A stretch of 64,000 bases of DNA from NCBI RefSeq assembly GCF_964355755.1, contig NC_092677.1:20482101-20546100 (forward strand), read 5' to 3'. The stretch's first letter is position 1; the number at the start of each line of letters is the position of its first letter. Positions 25,901 through 41,800 of this stretch are shown here, piece by piece. The DNA is from Antedon mediterranea. Lineage: Eukaryota > Animalia > Echinodermata. The notes beneath the pieces are model-generated. The model saw nothing but the letters and a program-made list of their open reading frames with translations, did no database searches and had not been told where the DNA came from. The position numbers and the translations under genes are program-made.

Positions 25901-28900
25901 GTTAACATAAAAACACCAAAGTGCTTAGAAAAGCTTGAAATCGCATTTGGAGACGTTTTAGACCATTTTGTGCATTTCGATGAAACTTGGTTAAAGTGCT
26001 TAAAATCACATTTTGAGCATTTCGTTAAAACTTTTCACACAAAAACATCAAAGAGTAAAAAATAGCTTAATATCGTATTTAAAAACGTTTTAGACCATTT
26101 TGAGCATTTCGACAAAATTTTTTCACACAAAACATCAAAGTGTACAGAATAGCTTTAAATCGCATTTGGAGACGTTTTAACGTTTTAGACCATTTTGAAC
26201 ATTTCGTTAAAAGTTTTCACAAAAAAACATCAAAGTCCACAAAATAGCTTAATATCGTATTTAAAAACGTTTTAGACAATTTTGAGCATTTCGAAAAAAC
26301 TTTTTCACACAAAACATCAAAGTTTACAAAATAGCTTCAAATCGCATTTGGAGACGTTTTAGACCATTTTGTGATTTTCGAAAAAACTTGTTAACATAAA
26401 AACACCAAAGTGCTCAGAATACCTTCAAATCGCATTTTGAGACGTTTTAGACCATTTTGTGATTTTCGAAAAAACTTGTTAACATAAAAACACCAAAGTG
26501 CTCAGAATACCTTCAAATCGTGTTTTGAGACGTTTTAGACCATTTTGTGATTTTGGAAAAACTTGTTAACATAAAAACACCAAAGTGCTCAGAATACCTT
26601 CAAATCGCATTTGGAGACGTTTTAGACCATTTTGTGATTTTCGAAAAAACTTGTTAACATAAAAACACCAAAGTGCTCAGAAAAGCTTCAAATCGCAATT
26701 GGAGACGTTTTAAACCATTTTGTTCATTTCGATGAAACTTGGTTACACAAAAACATCAAATTGCACAAAATGGCTTAATATGGTATGGGAAAACGTTTTA
26801 GACCATTTTGAACATTTCGAGAAAACTTTTTCACACAAAACTTCAAAGTGTACAGAATAGCTTCAAATCGCATTAGAAACCGTTTTAGACCATTTTGAGC
26901 ATTTCGAAAAAAACTTTTTCACACAAAACATCAAAGTTTACAAAATAGCTTCAAATCGCATTTGGAGACGTTTTAGACCATTTTGTGATTTTCGAAAAAA
27001 CTTGTTAACATAAAAACACCAAAGTGCTCAGAATACCTTCAAATCGCATTTTGAGACGTTTTAGACCATTTTGTGATTTTCGAAAAAACTTGTTAACATA
27101 AAAATACCAAAGTGCTCAGAATACCTTCAAATCGTGTTTTGAGACGTTTGAGACCATTTTGTGATTTTCGAAAAAACTTGTTAACATAAAAACACCAAAG
27201 TGCTCAGAATACCTTCAAATCGCATTTGGAGACGTTTTAGACCATTTTGTGATTTTCGAAAAAACTTGTTAACATAAAAACACCAAAGTGCTCAGAAAAG
27301 CTTCAAATCGCATTTGGAGACGCTTTAAACCATTTTGTTCATTTCGATGAAACTTGGTTACACAAAAACATCAAAGAGCACAAAAGTATTTAAAAACGTT
27401 TTAGACCATTTTGAGCATTCCGACAAAACTTTTTCACACAAAACATCAAAGTGTACAGAATAGCTTTAAATCGCATTTGGAGACGTTTTAGACCATTTTG
27501 TAGTTTTCGAAAAAACTTGTTAACATAAAAACACAAAAGAGCTTCAAATCGCATTTGGAGACGTTTTAGACCCTTTTGTGCATTTCGATGAAACTTGGTT
27601 ACACAAAAACATCAAAGTTCTTAAAATCACATTAGAAACCGTTTTAGACCATTTTGAGCATTTCGTTAAAACTTTTCACACAAAAACATCAAAGTCCACA
27701 AAATAGCTTAATATCGTATTCAAAAACGTTTTAGACCATTTTGAGCATTTCGAAAAAACTTTTTCACACAAAACATCAAAGTTTACAAAATAGCTTCAAA
27801 TCGCATTTGTAGACGTTTTAGACCATTTTGTGATTTTCGAAAAAACTTGTTAACATAAAAACACCAAAGTGCTCAGAATACCTTCAAATCGTATTTTGAG
27901 ACGTTTTAGACAATTTTGTGATTTTCGAAAAAACTTGTTAACATAAAAACACCAAAGTGCTTAGAAAAGCTTCAAATCGCATTTGGAGACGTTTTAGACC
28001 ATTTTGTGCATTTCGATGAAACTTGGTTACACAAAAACATCAAAGTGCTTAAAATCACATTTTGAGCATTTCGTTAAAACTTTTCACACAAAAACATCAA
28101 AGAGCAAAAAATAGCTTAATATCGTATTTAAAAACGTTTTAGACCATTTTGAACATTTCGACAAAACTTTTTCACACAAAACATCAAAGTGCTCAGAATA
28201 CCTTCAAATCGCATTTGGAGACGTTTTAGACCATTTTGTGATTTTGGAAAAAACTTGTTAACATAAAAACACCAAAGTGCTCAGAATACCTTCAAATCGT
28301 ATTTTGAGACGTTTTAGACAATTTTGTGATTTTCGAAAAAACTTGTTAACATAAAAACACCAAAGTGCTTAGAAAAGCTTCAAATCGCATTTGGAGACGT
28401 TTTAGACCATTTTGTGCATTTTGATGAAACTTGGTTACACAAAAACATCAAAGTGTACAGAATAGCTTCAAATCGCATTAGAAACCGTTTTAGACCATTT
28501 TGAGCATTTCGAAAAAACTTTTTCACACAAAACATCAAAGTGTACAAAATAGCTTCAAATCGCATTTGGAGACGTTTTAGACAATTTTGTGATTTTCGAA
28601 AAAACTTGTTTACATAAAAACACCAAAGTGCTCAGAATAGCTTCCAATCGCATTTGGAGACGTTTTAGACCCTTTTGTGCATTTCGATGAAACTTGGTTA
28701 CACAAAAACATCAAAGTGCTTAAAATCACAGTAGAAACCGTTTTAGACCATTTTGAGCATTTCGTTAAAATTTTTCACAGAAAAACATCAAAGAGCAAAA
28801 AATAGCTTAATATCGTATTTAAAAACGTTTTAGACCATTTTGAGCATTTCGACAAAACTTTTTCACACAAAACATCAAAGTGTACAGATAAGCTTCAAAT

Positions 28901-29904
28901 CGCATTTGGAGACGTTTTAAACCATTTTGAGCATTTCGATAAAATTTTACACACAAAAACATCAAAGTGCACAAAATAGCTTAATATGGTATTTAAAAAC
29001 GTTTTAGACCATTTTGAGCATTTCAACAAAACTTTTTCTCACAAAACATCAAAGTGTACAGAATAGCTTCAAATCGCATTTGGAGACGTTTTAGACCATT
29101 TTGTGCATTTCGATGAAACTTGGTTACACAAAAACATCAAAGTGCTTAAAATCACATTTTGAGCATTTCGTTAAAACTTTTCACACAAAAACATCAAAGT
29201 CCACAAAATAGCTTAATATCGTATTTAAAAACGTTTTAGACCATTTTGAGCATTTCGAAAAAACTTTTTCACACAAAACATCAAAGTTTACAAAATAGCT
29301 TCAAATCGCATTTGGAGACGTTTTAGACCATTTTGTGATTTTCGAAAAAACTTGTTAACATAAAAACACCAAAGTGCTCAGAATACCTTCAAATCGCATT
29401 TGGAGACGTTTTAGACCATTTTGTGCATTTCGATGAAACTTGGTTACACAAAAACATCAAAGTGCTTAAAATCACATTTTGAGCATTTCGTTAAAACTTT
29501 TCACACAAAAACATCAAAGTCCACAAAATAGCTTAATATCGTATTTAAAAACGTTTTAGACCATTTTGAGCATTTCGAAAAAACTTTTCCACACAAAACA
29601 TCAAAGTTTACAAAATAGCTTCAAATCGCATTTGGAGACGTTTTAGACCATTTTGTGATTTTCGAAAAAACTTGTTAACATAAAAACACCAAAGTGCTCA
29701 GAATACCTTCAAATCGTGTTTTGAGACGTTTTAGACCATTTTGTAATTTTCGAAAAAACTTGTTAACATAAAAACACCAAAGTGCTCAGAATACCTTCAC
29801 ATCGCATTTTGAGACGTTTTAGACCATTTTGTGATTTTCGAAAAAACTTGTTAACATAAAAACACCAAAGTGCTTAGAAAAGCTTGAAATCGCATTTGGA
29901 GACG

Positions 29905-32847
29905 TTTTAGACCATTTTGTGCATTTCGATGAAACTTGGTTACACAAAAACATCAAAGTGCTTAAAATCACATTTTGAGCATTTCGTTAAAACTTTTCAC
30001 ACAAAAACATCAAAGAGTAATAAATAGCTTAATATCGTATTTAAAAACGTTTTAGACCATTTTGAGCATTTCGACAAAATTTTTTCAAACAAAACATCAA
30101 AGTGTACAGAATAGCTTTAAATCGCATTTGGAGACGTTTTAGACCATTTTGTTCATTTCGATGAAACAAAAACACAAAAACATCAAATTGCACAAAATGG
30201 CTTAATATGATATGGGAAAACGTTTTAGACCATTTTGAACATTTCGTTAAAAGTTTTCACACAAAAACATCAAAGTCCACAAAATAGCTTAATATCGTAT
30301 TTAAAAACGTTTTAGACCATTTTGAGCATTTCGAAAAAACTTTTTCACACAAAACATCAAAGTTTACAAAATAGCTTCAAATCGCATTTGGAGACGTTTT
30401 AGACCATTTTGTGATTTTCGAAAAAACTTGTTAACATAAAAACACCAAAGTGCTCAGAATACCTTCAAATCGCATTTTGAGACGTTTTAGACCATTTTGT
30501 GATTTTCGAAAAAACTTGTTAACATAAAAAACACCAAAGTGCTCAGAATACCTTCAAATCGTGTTTTGAGACGTTTTAGACCATTTTGTGATTTTCGAAA
30601 AAACTTGTTAACATAAAAACACCAAAGTGCTCAGAATACCTTCAAATCGCATTTTGAGACGTTTTAGACCATTTTGTGATTTTCGAAAAAACTTGTTAAC
30701 ATAAAAACACCAAAGTGCTCAGAATACCTTCAAATCGTGTTTTGAGACGTTTTAGACCATTTTGTGATTTTCGAAAAAACTTGTTAACATAAAAACACCA
30801 AAGTGCTTAGAAAAGCTTCAAATCGCATTTGGAGACGTTTTAGACCATTTTGTTCATTTCGATGAAACTTGGTTACACAAAAACATCAAAGAGCACAAAA
30901 GATCTTAATATCGTATTTAAAAACGTTTTAGACCATTTTGAGCATTTCGAAAAAACTTTTTCACACAAAACATCAAAGTGTACAAAATAGCTTCAAATCG
31001 CATTTTGAGACGTTTTAGACAATTTTGTGATTTTCGAAAAAACTTGTTTAAATAAAAACACCAAAGTGCTTAGAAAAGCTTCAAATCGCATTTGGAGACG
31101 TTTTAAACCATTTTGTTCATTTCGATGAAACTTGGTTACACAAAAACATCAAAAAGCACAAAAGTATTTAAAAACGTTTTAGACCATTTTGAGCATTCCG
31201 TCAAAACTTTTTCACACAAAACATCAAAGTGTACAGAATAGCTTTAAATCGCATTTGGAGACGTTTTAGACCATTTTGTAGTTTTCGAAAAAACTTGTTA
31301 ACATAAAAACACAAAAGAGCTTCAAATCGCATTTGGAGACGTTTTAGACCCTTTTGTGCATTTCGATGAAACTTGGTTACACAAAAACATCAAAGTGCTT
31401 AAAATCACATTTTGAGCATTTCGTTAAAACTTTTCACACAAAAACATCAAAGAGTAATAAATAGCTTAATATCGTATTTAAAAACGTTTTAGACCATTTT
31501 GAGCATTTCGACAAAATTTTTTCAAACAAAACATCAAAGTGTACAGAATAGCTTTAAATCGCATTTGGAGACGTTTTAGACCATTTTGTTCATTTCGATG
31601 AAACAAAAACACAAAAACATCAAATTGCACAAAATGGCTTAATATGATATGGGAAAACGTTTTAGACCATTTTGAACATTTCGTTAAAAGTTTTCACACA
31701 AAAACATCAAAGTCCACAAAATAGCTTAATATCGTATTTAAAAACGTTTTAGACCATTTTGAGCATTTCGAAAAAACTTTTTCACACAAAACATCAAAGT
31801 TTACAAAATAGCTTCAAATCGCATTTGGAGACGTTTTAGACCATTTTGTGATTTTCGAAAAAACTTGTTAACATAAAAACACCAAAGTGCTCAGAATACC
31901 TTCAAATCGCATTTTGAGACGTTTTAGACCATTTTGTGATTTTCGAAAAAACTTGTTAACATAAAAAACACCAAAGTGCTCAGAATACCTTCAAATCGTG
32001 TTTTGAGACGTTTTAGACCATTTTGTGATTTTCGAAAAAACTTGTTAACATAAAAACACCAAAGTGCTCAGAATACCTTCAAATCGCATTTTGAGACGTT
32101 TTAGACCATTTTGTGATTTTCGAAAAAACTTGTTAACATAAAAACACCAAAGTGCTCAGAATACCTTCAAATCGTGTTTTGAGACGTTTTAGACCATTTT
32201 GTGATTTTCGAAAAAACTTGTTAACATAAAAACACCAAAGTGCTTAGAAAAGCTTCAAATCGCATTTGGAGACGTTTTAGACCATTTTGTTCATTTCGAT
32301 GAAACTTGGTTACACAAAAACATCAAAGAGCACAAAAGATCTTAATATCGTATTTAAAAACGTTTTAGACCATTTTGAGCATTTCGAAAAAACTTTTTCA
32401 CACAAAACATCAAAGTGTACAAAATAGCTTCAAATCGCATTTTGAGACGTTTTAGACAATTTTGTGATTTTCGAAAAAACTTGTTTAAATAAAAACACCA
32501 AAGTGCTTAGAAAAGCTTCAAATCGCATTTGGAGACGTTTTAAACCATTTTGTTCATTTCGATGAAACTTGGTTACACAAAAACATCAAAAAGCACAAAA
32601 GTATTTAAAAACGTTTTAGACCATTTTGAGCATTCCGTCAAAACTTTTTCACACAAAACATCAAAGTGTACAGAATAGCTTTAAATCGCATTTGGAGACG
32701 TTTTAGACCATTTTGTAGTTTTCGAAAAAACTTGTTAACATAAAAACACAAAAGAGCTTCAAATCGCATTTGGAGACGTTTTAGACCCTTTTGTGCATTT
32801 CGATGAAACTTGGTTACACAAAAACATCAAAGTGCTTAAAATCACAT
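29905..32847 (+). repeat. Recent tandem duplication, period 1437 bp (boundaries approximate)
   Basis: Variants seen only in these two copies: GAGTAATAAATAGC (30021/31458), TTTTCAAACAAAAC, CATAAAAAACACC (extra A) and GTTTAAATAAAA. Confidence 0.88.
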
Positions 32848-35800
32848 TAGAAACCGTTTTAGACCATTTTGAGCATTTCGTTAAAACTTTTCACACAAAA
32901 ACATCAAAGTCCACAAAATAGCTTAATATCGTATTTAAAAACGTTTTAGACCATTTTGAGCATTTCGTAAAAACTTTTTCACACAAAACATCAAAGTTTA
33001 CAAAATAGCTTCAAATCGCATTTGGAGACGTTTTAGACCATTTTGTGATTTTCGAAAAAACTTGTTAACATAAAAACACCAAAGTGCTCAGAAAAGCTTC
33101 AAATCGCATTTGGAGACGTTTTAAACCATTTTGTTCATTTCGATGAAACTTGGTTACACAAAAACATCAAAGAGCACAAAAGTATTTAAAAACGTTTTAG
33201 ACCATTTTGAGCATTCCGACAAAACTTTTTCACACAAAACATCAAAGTGTACAGAATAGCTTTAAATCGCATTTGGAGACGTTTTAACCCATTTTGAGCA
33301 TTTCGATAAAATTTTACACACAAAAACATCAAAGTGCACAAAATAGCTTAATATGGTATTTAAAAACGTTTTAGACCATTTTGAGCATTTCAACAAAACT
33401 TTTTCTCACAAAACATCAAAGTGTACAGAATAGCTTCAAATCGCATTTGGAGACGTTTTAGACCATTTTGTGCATTTCGATGAAACTTGGTTACACAAAA
33501 ACATCAAAGTGCTTAAAATCACATTTTGAGCATTTCGTTAAAACTTTTCACACAAAAACATCAAAGTCCACAAAATAGCTTAATATCGTATTTAAAAACG
33601 TTTTAGACCATTTTGAGCATTTCGAAAAAACTTTTCCACACAAAACATCAAAGTTTACAAAATAGCTTCAAATCGCATTTGGAGACGTTTTAGACCATTT
33701 TGTGATTTTCGAAAAAACTTGTTAACATAAAAACACCAAAGTGCTCAGAATACCTTCAAATCGCATTTGGAGACGTTTTAGACCCTTTTGTGCATTTCGA
33801 TGAAACTTGGTTACACAAAAACATCAAAGTGCTTAAAATCACATTAGAAACCGTTTTAGACCATTTTGAGCATTTCGTTAAAATTTTTCACAGAAAAACA
33901 TCAAAGAGCAAAAAATATCTTAATATCGTATTTAAAAACGTTTTAGACCATTTTGAGCATTTCGACAAAACTTTTTCACACAAAACATCAAAGTGTACAA
34001 AATAGCTTCAAATCGCATTTGGAGACGTTTTAACCCATTTTGAGCATTTCGATAAAATTTTACACACAAAAACATCAAAGTGCACAAAATAGCTTAATAT
34101 GGTATTTAAAAACGTTTTAGACCATTTTGAGCATTTCAACAAAACTTTTTCTCACAAAACATCAAAGTGTACAGAATAGCTTCAAATCGCATTTGGAGAC
34201 GTTTTAGACCATTTTGTGCATTTCGATGAAACTTGGTTACACAAAAACATCAAAGTGCTTAAAATCACATTTTGAGCATTTCGTTAAAACTTTTCACACA
34301 AAAACATCAAAGAGTAAAAAATAGCTTAATATCGTATTTAAAAACGTTTTAGACCATTTTGAGCATTTCGACAAAATTTTTTCACACAAAACATCAAAGT
34401 GTACAGAATAGCTTTAAATCGCATTTGGAGACGTTTTAGACCATTTTGTTCATTTCGATGAAACAAAAACACAAAAACATCAAATTGCACAAAATGGCTT
34501 AATATGATATGGGAAAACGTTTTAGACCATTTTGAACATTTCGTTAAAAGTTTTCACACAAAAACATCAAAGTCCACAAAATAGCTTAATATCGTATTTA
34601 AAAACGTTTTAGACCATTTTGAGCATTTCGAAAAAACTTTTTCACACAAAACATCAAAGTTTACAAAATAGCTTCAAATCGCATTTGGAGACGTTATAGA
34701 CCATTTTGTGATTTTCGGAAAAACTTGTTAACATAAAAACACCAAAGTGCTCAGAATACCTTCAAATCGCATTTTGAGACGTTTTAGACCATTTTGTGAT
34801 TTTCGAAAAAACTTGTTAACATAAAAACACCAAAGTGCTCAGAATCGTGTTTTGAGACGTTTTAGACCATTTTGTGATTTTCGAAAAAACTTGTTAACAT
34901 AAAAACACCAAAGTGCTTAGAAAAGCTTCAAATCGCATTTGGAGACGTTTTAGACCATTTTGTTCATTTCGATGAAACTTGGTTACACAAAAACATCAAA
35001 GAGCACAAAAGATCTTAATATCGTATTTAAAAACGTTTTAGACCATTTTGAGCATTTCGAAAAAACTTTTTCACACAAAACATCAAAGTGTACAAAAAAG
35101 CTTCAAATCGCATTTGGAGACGTTTTAGACAATTTTGTGATTTTCGAAAAAACTTGTTTACATAAAAACACCAAAGTGCTTAGAAAAGCTTCAAATCGCA
35201 TTTGGAGACGTTTTAAACCATTTTGTTCATTTCGATGAAACTTGGTTACACAAAAACTTCAAAGAGCACAAAAGTATTTAAAAACGTTTTAGACCATTTT
35301 GAGCATTCCGACAAAACTTTTTCACACAAAACATCAAAGTGTACAGAATAGCTTTAAATCGCATTTGGAGACGTTTTAGACCATTTTGTAGTTTTCGAAA
35401 AAACTTAACATAAAAACACAAAAGAGCTTCAAATCGCATTTGGAGACGTTTTAGACCCTTTTGTGCATTTCGATGAAACTTGGTTACACAAAAACATCAA
35501 AGTGCTTAAAATCACATTAGAAACCGTTTTAGACCATTTTGAGCATTTCGTTAAAACTTTTCACACAAAAACATCAAAGTCCACAAAATAGCTTAATATC
35601 GTATTTAAAAACGTTTTAGACCATTTTGAGCATTTCGAAAAAACTTTTTCACACAAAACATCAAAGTTTACAAAATAGCTTCAAATCGCATTTGGAGACG
35701 TTTTAGACCATTTTGTGATTTTCGAAAAAACTTGTTAATATAAAAACACCAAAGTGCTCAGAATACCTTCAAATCGCATTTTGAGACGTTTTAGACCATT

Positions 35801-38800
35801 TTGTGATTTTCGAAAAAACTTAACATAAAAACACCAAAGTGCTCAGAATACCTTCAAATCGCATTTGGAGACGTTTTAGACCATTTTGTGATTTTCGAAA
35901 AAACTTGTTAACATAAAAACACCAAAGTGCTCAGAATACCTTCAAATCGTATTTTGAGACGTTTTAGACAATTTTGTGATTTTCGAAAAAACTTGTTAAC
36001 ATAAAAACACCAAAGTGCTTAGAAAAGCTTCAAATCGCATTTGGAGACGTTTTAGACCATTTTGTGCATTTCGATGAAACTTGGTTACACAAAAACATCA
36101 AAGTGTACAGAATAGCTTCAAATCGCATTAGAAACCGTTTTAGACCATTTTAAGCATTTCGAAAAAACTTTTTCACACAAAACATCAAAGTGTACAAAAT
36201 AGCTTCAAATCGCATTCGGAGACGTTTTAGACAATTTTGTGATTTTCGAAAAAACTTGTTTACATAAAAACACCAAAGTGCTTAGAAAAGCTTCAAATCG
36301 CATTTGGAGACGTTTTAAACCATTTTGTTCATTTCGATGAAACTTGGTTACACAAAAACATCAAAGAGCACAAAAGTATTTAAAAACGTTTTAGACCATT
36401 TTGAGCATTCCGACAAAACTTTTTCACACAAAACATCAAAGTGTACAGAATAGCTTTAAATCGCATTTGGAGACGTTTTAGACCATTTTGTAGTTTTCGA
36501 AAAAACTTGTTAACATAAAAACACAAAAGAGCTTCAAATCGCATTTGGAGACGTTTTAGACCCTTTTGTGCATTTCGATGAAACTTGGTTACACAAAAAC
36601 ATCAATGTGCTTAAAATCACATTAGAAACCGTTTTAGACCATTTTTAGCATTTCGTTAAAACTTTTCACACAAAAACATCAAAGTCCACAAAATAGCTTA
36701 ATATCGTATTTAAAAACGTTTTAGACCATTTTGAGCATTTTGAAAAAACTTTTCCACACAAAACATCAAAGTTTACAAAATAGCTTCAAATCGCATTTGG
36801 AGACGTTTTAGACCATTTTGTGATTTTCGAAAAAACTTGTTAACATAAAAACACCAAAGTGCTCAGAATACCTTCAAATCGTATTTTGAGACGTTTTAGA
36901 CAATTTTGTGATTTTCGAAAAAACTTGTTAACATAAAAACACCAAAGTGCTTAGAAAAGCTTCAAATCGCATTTGGAGACGTTTTAGACCATTTTGTGCA
37001 TTTCGATGAAACTTGGTTACACAAAAACATCAAAGTGCTTAAAATCACATTTTGAGCATTTCGTTAAAACTTTTCACACAAAAACATCAAAGAGCAAAAA
37101 ATAGCTTAATATCGTATTTAAAAACGTTTTAGACCATTTTGAGCATTTCGAAAAAACTTTTTCACACAAAACATCAAAGTGTACAAAATAGCTTCAAATC
37201 GCATTTGGAGACGTTTTAGACAATTTTGTGATTTTCGAAAAAACTTGTTTACATAAAAACACCAAAGTGCTAAGAATAGCTTCCAATCGCATTTGGAGAC
37301 GTTTTAGACCCTTTTGTGCATTTCGATGAAACTTGGTTACACAAAAACATCAAAGTGCTTAAAATCACATTAGAAACCGTTTTAGACCATTTTGAGCATT
37401 TCGTTAAAATTTTTCACAGAAAAACATCAAAGAGCAAAAAATAGCTTAATATCGTATTTAAAAACGTTTTAGACCATTTTGAGCATTTCGACAAAACTTT
37501 TTCACACAAAACATCAAAGTGTACAGAATAGCTTCAAATCGCATTTGGAGACGTTTTAACCCATTTTGAGCATTTCGATAAAATTTTACACACAAAAACA
37601 TCAAAGTGCACAAAATAGCTTAATATGGTATTTAAAAACGTTTTAGACCATTTTGAGCATTTCAACAAAACTTTTTCTCGCAAAACATCAAAGTGTACAG
37701 AATAGCTTCAAATCGCATTTGGAGACGTTTTAGACCATTTTGTGCATTTCGATGAAACTTGGTTACACAAAAACATCAAAGTGCTTAAAATCACATTTTG
37801 AGCATTTCGTTAAAACTTTTCACACAAAAACATCAAAGTCCACAAAATAGCTTAATATCGTATTTAAAAACGTTTTAGACCATTTTGAGCATTTCGAAAA
37901 AACTTTTCCACACAAAACATCAAAGTTTACAAAATAGCTTCAAATCGCATTTGGAGACGTTTTAGACCATTTTGTGATTTTCGAAAAAACTTGTTAACAT
38001 AAAAACACCAAAGTGCTCAGAATACCTTCAAATCGTGTTTTGAGACGTTTTAGACCATTTTGTAATTTTCGAAAAAACTTGTTAACATAAAAACACCAAA
38101 GTGCTCAGAATACCTTCACATCGCATTTTGAGACGTTTTAGACCATTTTGTGATTTTCGAAAAAACTTGTTAACATAGAAACACCAAAGTGCTTAGAAAA
38201 GCTTGAAATCGCATTTGGAGACGTTTTAGACCATTTTGTGCATTTCGATGAAACTTGGTTAAAGTGCTTAAAATCACATTTTGAGCATTTCGTTAAAACT
38301 TTTCACACAAAAACATCAAAGAGTAAAAAATAGCTTAATATCGTATTTAAAAACGTTTTAGACCATTTTGAGCATTTCGACAAAATTTTTTCACACAAAA
38401 CATCAAAGTGTACAGAATAGCTTTAAATCGCATTTGGAGACGTTTTAGACCATTTTGTTCATTTCGATGAAACAAAAACACAAAAACATCAAATTGCACA
38501 AAATGGCTTAATATGATATGGGAAAACGTTTTAGACCATTTTGAACATTTCGTTAAAAGTTTTCACAAAAAACATCAAAGTCCACAAAATAGCTTAATAT
38601 CGTATTTAAAAACGTTTTAGACCATTTTGAGCATTTCGAAAAAACTTTTTCACACAAAACATCAAAGTTTACAAAATAGCTTCAAATCGCATTTGGAGAC
38701 GTTTTAGACCATTTTGTGATTTTCGAAAAAACTTGTTAACATAAAAACACCAAAGTGCTCAGAATACCTTCAAATCGCATTTTGAGACGTTTTAGACCAT

Positions 38801-41800
38801 TTTGTGATTTTCGAAAAAACTTGTTAACATAAAAACACCAAAGTGCTCAGAATACCTTCAAATCGTGTTTTGAGACGTTTTAGACCATTTTGTGATTTTG
38901 GAAAAACTTGTTAACATAAAAACACCAAAGTGCTCAGAATACCTTCAAATCGCATTTGGAGACGTTTTAGACCATTTTGTGATTTTCGAAAAAACTTGTT
39001 AACATAAAAACACCAAAGTGCTCAGAAAAGCTTCAAATCGCAATTGGAGACGTTTTAAACCATTTTGTTCATTTCGATGAAACTTGGTTACACAAAAACA
39101 TCAAATTGCACAAAATGGCTTAATATGGTATGGGAAAACGTTTTAGACCATTTTGAACATTTCGAGAAAACTTTTTCACACAAAACTTCAAAGTGTACAG
39201 AATAGCTTCAAATCGCATTAGAAACCGTTTTAGACCATTTTGAGCATTTCGAAAAAACTTTTTCACACAAAACATCAAAGTTTACAAAATAGCTTCAAAT
39301 CGCATTTGGAGACGTTTTAGACCATTTTGTGATTTTCGAAAAAACTTGTTAACATAAAAACACCAAAGTGCTCAGAATACCTTCAAATCGCATTTTGAGA
39401 CGTTTTAGACCATTTTGTGATTTTCGAAAAAACTTGTTAACATAAAAATACCAAAGTGCTCAGAATACCTTCAAATCGTGTTTTGAGACGTTTTAGACCA
39501 TTTTGTGATTTTCGAAAAAACTTGTTAACATAAAAACACCAAAGTGCTCAGAATACCTTCAAATCGCATTTGGAGACGTTTTAGACCATTTTGTGATTTT
39601 CGAAAAAACTTGTTAACATAAAAACACCAAAGTGCTCAGAAAAGCTTCAAATCGCATTTGGAGACGTTTTAAACCATTTTGTTCATTTCGATGAAACTTG
39701 GTAACACAAAAACATCAAAGAGCACAAAAGTATTTAAAAACGTTTTAGACCATTTTGAGCATTCCGACAAAACTTTTTCACACAAAACATCAAAGTGTAC
39801 AGAATAGCTTTAAATCGCATTTGGAGACGTTTTAGACCATTTTGTAGTTTTCGAAAAAACTTGTTAACATAAAAACACAAAAGAGCTTCAAATCGCATTT
39901 GGAGACGTTTTAGACCCTTTTGTGCATTTCGATGAAACTTGGTTACACAAAAACATCAAAGTGCTTAAAATCACATTAGAAACCGTTTTAGACCATTTTG
40001 AGCATTTCGTTAAAACTTTTCACACAAAAACATCAAAGTCCACAAAATAGCTTAATATCGTATTCAAAAACGTTTTAGACCATTTTGAGCATTTCGAAAA
40101 AACTTTTTCACACAAAACATCAAAGTTTACAAAATAGCTTCAAATCGCATTTGGAGACGTTTTAGACCATTTTGTGATTTTCGAAAAAACTTGTTAACAT
40201 AAAAACACCAAAGTGCTTAGAAAAGCTTCAAATCGCATTTGGAGACGTTTTAGACCATTTTGTGCATTTCGATGAAACTTGGTTACACAAAAACATCAAA
40301 GTGCTTAAAATCACATTTTGAGCATTTCGTTAAAACTTTTCACACAAAAACATCAAAGAGCAAAAAATAGCTTAATATCGTATTTAAAAACGTTTTAGAC
40401 CATTTTGAGCATTTCGACAAAACTTTTTCACACAAAACATCAAAGTGTACAAAATAGCTTCAAATCGCATTGGGAGACGTTTTAGACAATTTTGTGATTT
40501 TCGAAAAAACTTGTTTACATAAAAACACCAAAGTGCTAAGAATAGCTTCCAATCGCATTTGGAGACGTTTTAGACCCTTTTGTGCATTTCGATGAAACTT
40601 GGTTACACAAAAACATCAAAGTGCTTAAAATCACATTAGAAACCGTTTTAGAACATTTTGAGCATTTCGTTAAAATTTTTCACAGAAAAACATCAAAGAG
40701 CAAAAAATAGCTTAATATCGTATTTAAAAACGTTTTAGACCATTTTGAGCATTTCGACAAAACTTTTTCACACAAAACAACAAAGTGTACAGAATAGCTT
40801 CAAATCGCATTTGGAGACGTTTTAACCCATTTTGAGCATTTCGATAAAATTTTACACACAAAAACATCAAAGTGCACAAAATAGCTTAATATGGTATTTA
40901 AAAACGTTTTAGACCATTTTGAGCATTTCAACAAAACTTTTTCTCACAAAACATCAAAGTGTACAGAATAGCTTCAAATCGCATTTGGAGACGTTTTAGA
41001 CCATTTTGTGCATTTCGATGAAACTTGGTTACACAAAAACATCAAAGTGCTTAAAATCACATTTTGAGCATTTCGTTAAAACTTTTCACACAAAAACATC
41101 AAAGTCCACAAAATAGCTTAATATCGTATTTAAAAACGTTTTAGACCATTTTGAGCATTTCGAAAAAACTTTTCCACACAAAACATCAAAGTTTACAAAA
41201 TAGCTTCAAATCGCATTTGGAGACGTTTTAGACCATTTTGTGATTTTCGAAAAAACTTGTTAACATAAAAACACCAAAGTGCTCAGAATACCTTCAAATC
41301 GCATTTGGAGACGTTTTAGACCCTTTTGTGCATTTCGATGAAACTTGGTTACACAAAAACATCAAAGTGCTTAAAATCACATTAGAAACCGTTTTAGACC
41401 ATTTTGAGCATTTCGTTAAAATTTTTCACAGAAAAACATCAAAGAGCAAAAAATAGCTTAATATCGTATTTAAAAACGTTTTAGACCATTTTGAGCATTT
41501 CGACAAAACTTTTTCACACAAAACATCAAAGTGTACAGAATAGCTTCAAATCGCATTTGGAGACGTTTTAACCCATTTTGAGCATTTCGATAAAATTTTA
41601 CACACAAAAACATCAAAGTGCACAAAATAGCTTAATATGGTATTTAAAAACGTTTTAGACCATTTTGAGCATTTCAACAAAACTTTTTCTCGCAAAACAT
41701 CAAAGTGTACAGAATAGCTTCAAATCGCATTTGGAGACGTTTTAGACCATTTTGTGCATTTCGATGAAACTTGGTTACACAAAAACATCAAAGTGCTTAA

